64,000 nucleotides of DNA from Setoptus koraiensis (lineage: Eukaryota; Animalia; Arthropoda): positions 17,732,001-17,796,000 of the forward strand of contig CM106586.1 of the NCBI GenBank assembly GCA_048013815.1. The letters run 5' to 3'. Under the pieces are notes generated by a model. That model saw only the letters and a list, made by a program, of their open reading frames with translations, was not told where the DNA came from and did not search any database. Below are positions 40,020-48,984 of this stretch, in pieces. Each line of letters starts with the position of its first letter. Position 1 is the stretch's first letter. The position numbers and the translations under genes were made by a program.

Positions 40020-40094
40020 CTAGTATAGGCCATTTTGAAATTGGCGGGATGCGCGCGGTATTCGAAAGGGGTGTGTGGGTCGCACAGGCATAAC

Positions 40095-40432
40095 TAGTGA
40101 TGGGGGGAGATCTCCCGTCGTGGGTGAAAATCTCCCGCCCATGGGAGATTTCTCCCCGGGAGATCTCACGTCTCCCGCTTCTCCCGTCTCTCCCAAATCT
40201 CCCGGATTTCTCCCGTTTCTCTCGTGTGCGTTTTCAAAGGTATGTTGCGAACGAAGAGGCGCCCCTGGCGGAGAAGAACATACCTTCGAAAACGCAAACG
40301 GGAGAAACGGGAGAAATCCGGGAGATTCGGGAGATTTGGGAGAAACGGGAGACGCGGGAGCTCCAGGGGAAGAATCTCTCGGGGAGAAATCTCCCGTCTC
40401 CCGGGGCGGTAGATCGATCCCCCCCACCACTA
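40095..40432. mobile_element. Non-autonomous hAT-type MITE, 338 bp
   Basis: 14-bp TIRs TAGTG(A/G)TGGGGGGA, 8-bp TSD GGCATAAC / GGCATGAC (7 of 8 match), many subterminal TCTCCC motifs on the left arm mirrored by GGGAGA on the right arm. Confidence 0.85.
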
Positions 40433-40501
40433 GGCATGACAGAACAATTGTAAAGCGTTATTGCCAATAGCTCCATCCATCCACGTGTCACCTGCTTCGA
40501 T

Positions 40502-42559
40502 ATGAAAGCCATTAGATTGTTGCGTAAATCCAATTATAGAATACAGTTGAATAGCAATCAAATATTAAATAAATCAACGAGTACTATCAATTATATAATG
40601 ACTTCGAATAATCAAGGCGAGGAACTTCTGTTGCCAATTGAGGGTAAACGTAACATATTAATTACAAGTGCTTTGCCATACGTTAATAATGTGCCCCATT
40701 TAGGTAATATTGTTGGCAGTGTTTTGAGCGGGGACGTCTTCGCGAGATATTGCCGATTGAGGGACTATCAGACCCTGTATGTCTCAGGAACAGATGAATA
40801 TGGAACAGCGACAGAGATCAAAGCAATAGAGGAAAAATGTACACCGCAACAAATTTGCGATAAATATCACAAATTGCATGCTGAAATCTACGAATGGTTC
40901 AATATTAAGTTTGATCAATTCGGACGCACAACAACACCGGAACAAACAGAAATAGTTCACGAAATCTTCCAAAATTTGTACGATAATAACTATTTCAAAG
41001 AACAATCTATTAAACAATTGTATTGCGAACAATGTTTTCGTTTCTTAGCCGACCGTTTTGTTGAAGGTATTTGTCCACATTGCTCATACGATGACGCAAG
41101 AGGCGATCAATGCGATAAGTGTGGCAAGTTAATTGATGCGCCTGATTTGAAAGAACCTAAATGCAAATTATGTAAGAATCAACCTGTTATGAAAGAGTCC
41201 AAGCACTTGTTCTTTGATTTACCTCAACTACAGGAACGTTTAAAAATATGGTACGATAATATCAATGAAAGATCTGCTCCACCAGCCCGTCCATTACAAG
41301 AACTACAGTCAACTCAAGGTGATTCGTCGGTCAAGGAGATTGGATCCGACCAGAAAATAGTTACTGAAAGTAACGATGCTCCTCGCCATAGATTAAGCCC
41401 GTCTGACACACATTGGACACAGCAAGCAAAATCGATAACGGAAACGTGGCATAAAGCTGAGCTTAGAGCCAGATGCGTTACTCGCGATCTGAAATGGGGA
41501 ACCAAGGTACCATTGCCAGGGTACGATGACAAAGTCTTCTATGTGTGGTTCGATGCACCAATTGGCTATTTATCCATAACAGCATGTCGTACTAATAAAA
41601 CTGATTGGAAATTGTGGTGGAACAATCCAGATCTTGTGGAAACTTACCAGTTTCTTGGTAAAGATAATGTAACTTTCCACTCAATCATGTTTCCAGCAAT
41701 TCAATTGGCTACGGGTCAGCCATGGTCCATGGTAAATCATCTTATAGCTACGGATTATCTCAACTACGAGAATGAAAAATTTAGTAAATCAAGGGGCACT
41801 GGTGTATTTGGAACAGATGTCAAATTTACAGAGGACAAGATACCGGCTGACATTTGGCGTTTCTACTTGATGTTTATCAGGCCGGAGACAGGAGATTCGT
41901 CTTTCTGTTGGCTGGAATTCCAAAGCAGAGTGAACTTTGAGCTTCTCAATAATTTGGGTAATTTCATTAATAGGACACTGAAATTTGTTGATACAAATTT
42001 TGATCGAAAGTTGGGCCATTATGAGCCTAGTGAAGATGACAAGAAGTACCTACAAGATCTAAATCAACTTGTTATTGACTACATTGAGCGAATGGAACGA
42101 GTTCAATTACGTGACTCTCTTAAGATCATACTATCTATTAGTAGGTTAGGTAATCAGATGATGCAGGCCAACACACCTTGGGTTCTTGTGAAGGGGACCG
42201 ATGAAGACAAGTTACGAGCGCAAAGCGTGTTGTATTTGGCTGCAAACACTGTGGCTATCATTTCACTTCTATTGTCGCCATACATGCCCAAAATTAGCGA
42301 AGAAATAAGATCGCAGTTATGCCTAGATTCAGATAAATTAGTTGATGTGGAAGGTCTCGAATTGCTATTGCCAATCGGACACAGAATTGGAACTCCGAAA
42401 ATACTGTTCAACAGGGTGGAAACAGATTTTGTGAAGGAAATGCAAGCGAAGTTCTCATCGGCGAAACCAGATACAGTGACCGCGCAACCCGCCGGTCAAT
42501 CCGGAAAGAAAAAGAACAAACCCCCAAAAAAGAACAAAGACGAAGGAGTGAAATCATAG
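40502..42559 (+). CDS. MARS1: Methionyl-tRNA synthetase, cytosolic type (second in-frame ATG at 40598)
   Basis: 'RNILITSALPYVNNVPHLGNIVGSVLSGDVFARY', zinc knuckles 'CPHCSYDDARGDQCDKCGK', 'VFYVWFDAPIGYLSIT', 'KFSKSRGTGVFG'. Confidence 0.96.
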   Translation: MKAIRLLRKSNYRIQLNSNQILNKSTSTINYIMTSNNQGEELLLPIEGKRNILITSALPYVNNVPHLGNIVGSVLSGDVFARYCRLRDYQTLYVSGTDEYGTATEIKAIEEKCTPQQICDKYHKLHAEIYEWFNIKFDQFGRTTTPEQTEIVHEIFQNLYDNNYFKEQSIKQLYCEQCFRFLADRFVEGICPHCSYDDARGDQCDKCGKLIDAPDLKEPKCKLCKNQPVMKESKHLFFDLPQLQERLKIWYDNINERSAPPARPLQELQSTQGDSSVKEIGSDQKIVTESNDAPRHRLSPSDTHWTQQAKSITETWHKAELRARCVTRDLKWGTKVPLPGYDDKVFYVWFDAPIGYLSITACRTNKTDWKLWWNNPDLVETYQFLGKDNVTFHSIMFPAIQLATGQPWSMVNHLIATDYLNYENEKFSKSRGTGVFGTDVKFTEDKIPADIWRFYLMFIRPETGDSSFCWLEFQSRVNFELLNNLGNFINRTLKFVDTNFDRKLGHYEPSEDDKKYLQDLNQLVIDYIERMERVQLRDSLKIILSISRLGNQMMQANTPWVLVKGTDEDKLRAQSVLYLAANTVAIISLLLSPYMPKISEEIRSQLCLDSDKLVDVEGLELLLPIGHRIGTPKILFNRVETDFVKEMQAKFSSAKPDTVTAQPAGQSGKKKNKPPKKNKDEGVKS

Positions 42560-42665
42560 TGTCTGTAGCTTTGTAATACGAGAGACAATGTTGATATTGA
42601 ATCTCTGAGATTATCATCTTCTCTAATATATAATACAATCTAATATTTAAAAAATAATTCTATCA

Positions 42666-43340
42666 TCAACCGTTTTCGGTCGTATCTTCGGGTAGTTTCT
42701 TAACTTCGCTTCCATATATTTCTTTGAAGTGTTCGTAGAGCTTCCTTTTGTCCACTTGGAAATCTGCTCTCTCACCCCATTTGTAGAATTTCACTTCCTC
42801 GTCGTTGGTTTTCTTCTTTTCGGTAGTAAGAAATTCTTGTCTGTAGAATCTGTCTAAATATTTTTTTGCATTATCTTCGGGGCTTATACCAATCTTACTG
42901 AGAAGCATTATTAAATCTGGTTCGCTAGTCTCTGAGTTATTCGACATCTCTATTGCGGATAAAACTACAAATAACACAAACTGTTCATCGAGCACTTCAT
43001 CTGGAATGCAATTCAATGACTTCATGAAATCGCTGTTAACATTTGAGATATAATATTTAGTCAGGTCTTCTGAATTACCCAGCCTAAGTCCGAATATCTT
43101 TCTCAATTTCACGGCGGCCTTTTTGACAATCGGCTTCGTGGTGCGACTGTTTCCTTGGCACACAAGTTTTGTTATATCACTTCGTTTAACTGGCATACCT
43201 TTTTGGCTTAGAACGAGTAAGGCATGCACACATTGATTGACCATGTCTTCCACTTGAGCATTGGTATATTTCTCGAGAGCTTTATCGCTCGGAGTTCCAC
43301 CACATGAACTGCGGGTATCTAATGAGCGTCTCTGAGACAT
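42666..43340 (-). CDS. NSMCE3: MAGE-domain protein / SMC5-6 subunit NSE3, about 224 aa
   Basis: MAGE homology features 'PVKRSDI', 'LRKIFGLRL', 'RQEFL', 'FYKWGERA...V.K.KL'. Likely start is MSQRR at 43340; the upstream part of the ORF is not MAGE-like. Confidence 0.8.
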   Translation of the reverse strand: MSQRRSLDTRSSCGGTPSDKALEKYTNAQVEDMVNQCVHALLVLSQKGMPVKRSDITKLVCQGNSRTTKPIVKKAAVKLRKIFGLRLGNSEDLTKYYISNVNSDFMKSLNCIPDEVLDEQFVLFVVLSAIEMSNNSETSEPDLIMLLSKIGISPEDNAKKYLDRFYRQEFLTTEKKKTNDEEVKFYKWGERADFQVDKRKLYEHFKEIYGSEVKKLPEDTTENG

Positions 43341-43817
43341 TCCAAGTAAATAGTGGCAATAGTAGATATTGTAATATAATAAGTACAAATAATGATGATA
43401 GAAAGATTCTCTTGATGATTTTTTTCGTGATCCTCCAATGGTATGCAATTTAGTTTGTTGCTGACAATTCCGAATGGCTTTGCTTATTTGGAGACGAGAA
43501 ATTGTTGCGCCACCATGATATAATTTACATTTACAGATGACATGCAGTAACTGCGCCCTTGCGGATTTTTGTTGAACTTGATGTGAGAAGAGCATAACTG
43601 ACAACGCAATGTGAGTGAAACGCACACGACCGCGCCGCACTCGAAGGAATAAAATGGACAAGTTTTCAGTTGTTTACACTCGAATCGTTCCAATGATTGC
43701 AAGTTTTGTGCGTGCAAATGTGCGCCGATTAAAACGTGATCTATAGTTTCTACAGTATTGAATACAAAATATGCTAAATGAAATGTGTTCAAATACCAGT
43801 TAGCATAAACAGTCGAA

Positions 43818-46205
43818 ATGAAGCATGACATTTCGGAATTATCATCAATATTCAACAACCTCGTTGTAGACGACACATCAGGATAAGAATACACATCTTC
43901 AAATTGCACTATACAGAATAATATCACATTACTGCTATTGATATAAGGATGACATTCTCAATATTCACTCAAGGAACATAATTCATCTCAATCAGTGTAA
44001 TCTGTTACTTGGAAGGATACCTATTATGCAAGGTTAAACGACTTGGAAATTGCACAACCTATTGTGATATTATGGTACAGCGGGCCATATTTATACATCT
44101 TTGCTACTTAAATATTCATTATTAACGAATCACTTCTAATCAGCTTCACATATGTATACATATCTCGTGTATACTATATGTGAAGGCTGAAGTGATAATG
44201 ATAATAATGAGTGAAAAAATATTAAATTATTAATCAAATTAGCGGAGTGAATTATAAATAAATTCTAAAAAATTATATTGAAAGATATTAGATAGAGTAT
44301 TAAATAATTAAAATCATAGATGGATTATTGCTATTTATTGAATTGAAATATTTCCTATATATATAAATATATTAAATATAATTTATTATATGAAATAATA
44401 ATATATATATATATTTTATATATTGATTATATTAATATATATATTATGTAGATAAACTGAGATAAAATAAATGCTGATATAATATAAATAAAAATAATTA
44501 TATAAATTCGGGAAGTGAAATTTATTATAAACTTTAATTAGCAAAATGATTATTATAAATATTAATGAATTATTAAAATATGTTCATATAGCAATATAAA
44601 ATTAAATAAATATATTATATGAAAAAACTTTAAACAATGATTTTGATATAAATCACTAATGAAATTTATAATCATATTCAATATTTATTAATATACATTA
44701 TGATTGAAATTATACGCTTGATTAAATTTTGAATAAATACTAAATTATAAAAATTACTTATCTATATTATAATTATTAAGGTGAAAAATAATAACTGATA
44801 TATTAAAAATTATAATGAAAAATATTAATGACTTAATTAATATATGATAAAATCTGATTATATAATAAATGTAATTATGCAATATAGATTTAATGATATA
44901 TATATAATTATTAAGATATGATAAACATATTATAACAATATAACATATTTATGATAATGATATAAAATTAAATATAGAAATAAAAATATATTCAAATTAA
45001 TTTTGAGATTCTGAATTATTCAAGAGATGCTTAATGGGAGGTGGAAGTCGAACTAATAATATAATATGAAATGCTATATTATAAATTATTATAAAATATA
45101 TGAAAATATTATGAAAATTCGAAATTATCATATATCTGTTGTGAATATTAGATAGCTGTTTAATATAAATTCATAATATAAATATATCATAGTATTAATC
45201 TATACATCTATATAATAAAATTAATTATATAAATTAAAAATATTGACAGTAAAATATTATTGAATTAGTGATTATTAAAATACATAAAAATTATTCAGGA
45301 GTGCGAATTAACTATAAATAAAATAATATGTTAAATAAATATAAAATATATATTAATGATAGGAATATTAATTACAAACTGATAATTAAATAAATATAAT
45401 ATAAATTATATAGATATTGGAGTAAATTTTTGATTATAAAAAATATTACATATAGACAAAACAATAAATATTATGAAATGTGATGTAATTTTAAATGAAA
45501 TAAATTAATAGAAGTGTTTGATAGGTTATTTAAAATATTATGAATATTGAATACAAAATAATATAAAACAATTATAAAATTAATTTGATTACATATTTTC
45601 GGATATAACAAAATAATATACTGAAAATATAATATAAATTAAAAATTATTACTATTTATATATCTAAATTGATATTGATATTCAATTTATTATAATTGAT
45701 CAGAATCTTAAATATTCTGAATAATGAGTAATTCGAGCGTGGCAACGCTCGATGTGGAAGTCCTATTGAAATATTATAATTTATAATATATAATATTATA
45801 AAAAAATTAAATAATAAATAAATAAAAATATATTAAAAAAATATATTAATATTTATTATTAATAATATTATATTATTAAAAAAAAAAATTTAAAATGATA
45901 ATTAAAATTAAATATTAAATATTTTTAAAAAAAGAATAAATTAATATAAATGAAAAAAATAAAAATATAATATAAAAATATTTAAAAATATTATTAATTT
46001 TTATTATTATATAATTAAAAATATTATAAAAAATATAAAAATATTAAATAATAAAAAAAATAATATTATATAATTTAAATTATTATTTAAAATTATAAAA
46101 TTTAAAAAATAATAAATTTTAAATAAATTTTTAAAATTTATAAATATATATATAATTTAAATAAAAAAATAAAATTTATTAATTTTAAATAAAAAAAAAA
46201 TAATA
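43818..46205. other. Block of progressively increasing AT content ending in a nearly pure A/T tail at a contig end
   Basis: Composition falls visibly from ordinary host-like sequence to almost no G/C after about 45772; all frames inspected contain stops. Origin unknown. Confidence 0.8.
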
Positions 46206-46705
46206 NNNNNNNNNNNNNNNNNNNNNNNNNNNNNNNNNNNNNNNNNNNNNNNNNNNNNNNNNNNNNNNNNNNNNNNNNNNNNNNNNNNNNNNNNNNNNNN
46301 NNNNNNNNNNNNNNNNNNNNNNNNNNNNNNNNNNNNNNNNNNNNNNNNNNNNNNNNNNNNNNNNNNNNNNNNNNNNNNNNNNNNNNNNNNNNNNNNNNNN
46401 NNNNNNNNNNNNNNNNNNNNNNNNNNNNNNNNNNNNNNNNNNNNNNNNNNNNNNNNNNNNNNNNNNNNNNNNNNNNNNNNNNNNNNNNNNNNNNNNNNNN
46501 NNNNNNNNNNNNNNNNNNNNNNNNNNNNNNNNNNNNNNNNNNNNNNNNNNNNNNNNNNNNNNNNNNNNNNNNNNNNNNNNNNNNNNNNNNNNNNNNNNNN
46601 NNNNNNNNNNNNNNNNNNNNNNNNNNNNNNNNNNNNNNNNNNNNNNNNNNNNNNNNNNNNNNNNNNNNNNNNNNNNNNNNNNNNNNNNNNNNNNNNNNNN
46701 NNNNN
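46206..46705. other. Assembly gap (500 N)
   Basis: Directly visible. Confidence 1.
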
Positions 46706-47050
46706 AAAGATAAGATTAAAGATACCTATAGGAAATTTAGCCACTCATTGAAGAAAGTTCATAGAAAGGAGGTCGGTTCGAATCCTGAATACGAGCATCT
46801 CAGTGAATATTTGCAAAAAATGCCCAAAGATGAAGACGGCCGAAGTTCAGGTTTCGGTACATTGCCGAAGAGCACTTGGAACATCGCCTCCGTATACAGA
46901 GTTTTTTGTTATAGGAAGATATAGGACATTTAAAGATTAATAAAAACGATATCACATGTTGTGATCTCTAAAGACGTGTTAGTCCGTGTCCTGAGCTTTG
47001 CATGAATTAGTGCGTACATATGGGTATCAACTTTGAGTTCATCAAAAATA
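46706..47050 (+). repeat. 345-bp direct duplicate of 33107-33451 (RNMT 3' coding end and 3' UTR) without the LTR element
   Basis: Apparently identical by eye at an offset of 13599; continues CTAGTAGC at the point where the first copy enters the LTR. Confidence 0.92.
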
Positions 47051-47193
47051 CTAGTAGCTTTCAAATTTGCCCCGCAAATCCACCAACTGAGCATGCTCAT
47101 AGAAACATTTGTTGCTGATCTACTTTTGGACGTTCGATTGCTTTCACTGAATTGTATTTTCTTACACGAACATTATGAAATTGTCTTCAAAAT

Positions 47194-48984
47194 ATGCGTT
47201 TTTTAAGAAGGGCCAAGAAGCCCGTTAAATTCAGATTCACTCTATCGATTAGAGAGATTATGGTGGAAGGGTCGAGTCGTTGGCAGCCAAGAAGCTTGAG
47301 CGTCAGATTGCGACGAAGAAAAAGACAATATTCAATTGATCCTAAATCGTGGGAGCCAACATTACGCAACCCGTACCGAGGTTTGACATTTTGGTCACAA
47401 GCGGCTAACGTGCAATTTGATGTAACATTATACAAAAACTCTATAGATGCATTTGAAGAGAAATTGTGGAAACTAGATGTCCTAGATCATGAACACAATG
47501 GTAAAATAAAAAGGATTGCAACAATAAAATTGGATCTTAGTCTTCACACTACCTCAAATATCGCCCTTGATAGGTTGCCTTTAAAGATATTGGAGCCAGC
47601 CATTGAATCAACCATTAGCCTATCTATAGGTGTTGAACCAGTGAACAAATCATCCGACCATACCACTGAAGAAGCATCCGAAAAGTTACCCCAACCTGAA
47701 AAGTTATTCCCAGAAGTGTCTAAAGAACCAACCACTGCAATAGTTGTTGATAAAATTGTCGATAGCCCAACTAAAGAAGGAACATCTGAGGATGCACCCG
47801 AAAGGTTACCCCAACCTGAAAAGTTACCCCTACCCGAAAAGTCATCTCCAGAGGTGACTAAAGAACCAACCACTGCAATAGTTGTTGACACGATTGATGA
47901 TAGCCCCGCAACCAAAGAAGGAACATCTGAGGATGCACCCGAAAAGTTACCCCAACCTGAAAAGTCATCTCCAGAGGTGACTAAAGAACCTACCACTGCA
48001 ATAGTTGTTGATACAATTGTAGACCGCCTCGCACCTACAGAAGAAACCCCTGAGGAAGCCAGAGCACGTCAACTTAGAGAGAAAGCTAGACAACTTATTG
48101 CAACAGCAAGAAGAGGCGAGCTCGCAAAACCAAGTAGAGGCTCAATATCAGCACATTCCACGCCAAAGAAAGTCAAAAATGGATTTTCAAGTATATCCAG
48201 TTTTGAAACTGCCCGACAAAACTCAATTGAAATATACGATTATCCAACTTCCAATGATGAAGAGGAGGAAGATCGGTTAGATATAGCATTCAGAAGGAAT
48301 TCAGTTGCTACAAGATCGGCTAGAATGCGTAGATTCCGATTTTACCAATTCAGGCGGATTCATGATGACACTCAAGCTGCTGAAGCCTCAACAATAGAAC
48401 CTTCATTCAAATCCTGTGATTCTGAGCAATCTATCTTAGTACCAAGAGAAGATGTTATTAAAGGTAAAATACCTATGGGTCGCAAAGAGTCTTCTTGTAC
48501 GGGAGACGACCTCAAAAGTTTAGAGGAGGAACAGAAACAAATAGAAGAAAAAACAGTGTTGCTTAAGAATCAATTTATGGAACTAACAAATAACTGCCCT
48601 GAAGGATCGGACACTGAAGAGCAACAAAAGAAATTATTGAAAGAACTGTGTGAATTAGTGAATAAAAAGAACGATGTTATAAGGCGTCAGATGCAATTAA
48701 ACATATTGGAAAAGGAGGCAACATTGGAAAGGACATTCGAGCAGCTAGATAAAGAGTTGAGAAGTATCATGTTGGTTGAGGAATCCAAGAAAACTGAAAA
48801 TCAAAAGCAAAGGGAAAAATATCTTCTTGATGAGCTCGTCGCTTTGGTAGAAAAGCGCAATGAACTCGTCCACGATTTAGATGCCCAGGAGAAAGCTATC
48901 GAGGAAGATAATAATCTTAGAGAAAATTTGCGTCACGTCAAACTGGGAGATGTGGCCGATGATCAAAATTGTCGCATACACTAA
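47194..48984 (+). CDS. EHBP1: EHBP1-like protein (NT-C2 plus bMERB/DUF3585, C-terminal CaaX-like CRIH)
   Basis: 'KFRFTLSIREIMVE...WQP...WEPTLRNPYRG' and C-terminal 'LVNKKNDVIRR..QL.ILEKE..LER...KTE.QK.RE..LLDELVALVEKRNELV..LD.QE'. Confidence 0.88.
   Translation: MRFLRRAKKPVKFRFTLSIREIMVEGSSRWQPRSLSVRLRRRKRQYSIDPKSWEPTLRNPYRGLTFWSQAANVQFDVTLYKNSIDAFEEKLWKLDVLDHEHNGKIKRIATIKLDLSLHTTSNIALDRLPLKILEPAIESTISLSIGVEPVNKSSDHTTEEASEKLPQPEKLFPEVSKEPTTAIVVDKIVDSPTKEGTSEDAPERLPQPEKLPLPEKSSPEVTKEPTTAIVVDTIDDSPATKEGTSEDAPEKLPQPEKSSPEVTKEPTTAIVVDTIVDRLAPTEETPEEARARQLREKARQLIATARRGELAKPSRGSISAHSTPKKVKNGFSSISSFETARQNSIEIYDYPTSNDEEEEDRLDIAFRRNSVATRSARMRRFRFYQFRRIHDDTQAAEASTIEPSFKSCDSEQSILVPREDVIKGKIPMGRKESSCTGDDLKSLEEEQKQIEEKTVLLKNQFMELTNNCPEGSDTEEQQKKLLKELCELVNKKNDVIRRQMQLNILEKEATLERTFEQLDKELRSIMLVEESKKTENQKQREKYLLDELVALVEKRNELVHDLDAQEKAIEEDNNLRENLRHVKLGDVADDQNCRIH
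47679..48060 (+). repeat. Three imperfect coding tandem repeats of about 40-47 aa (EKLPQPEK..PEVTKEPTTAIVVD..)
   Basis: Visible at both DNA and protein level; boundaries approximate. Confidence 0.85.

Noticed and set aside
40020-40533. Cluster of overlapping ORFs on both strands
   Set aside because: Explained by the GC-rich palindromic MITE.
43341-43661. 107-aa N-terminal extension of the MAGE/NSE3 ORF
   Set aside because: Not MAGE-like and includes low-complexity Y/H text; probably UTR or promoter that happens to be open.
45741-45762. Resemblance of GCTCGATGTGG to the large-subunit rRNA motif ACCTCGATGTT
   Set aside because: Only an 8-nt match, with no other rRNA landmarks nearby.
46157-46744. 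195-aa ORF
   Set aside because: Artefact of translating through 500 Ns.
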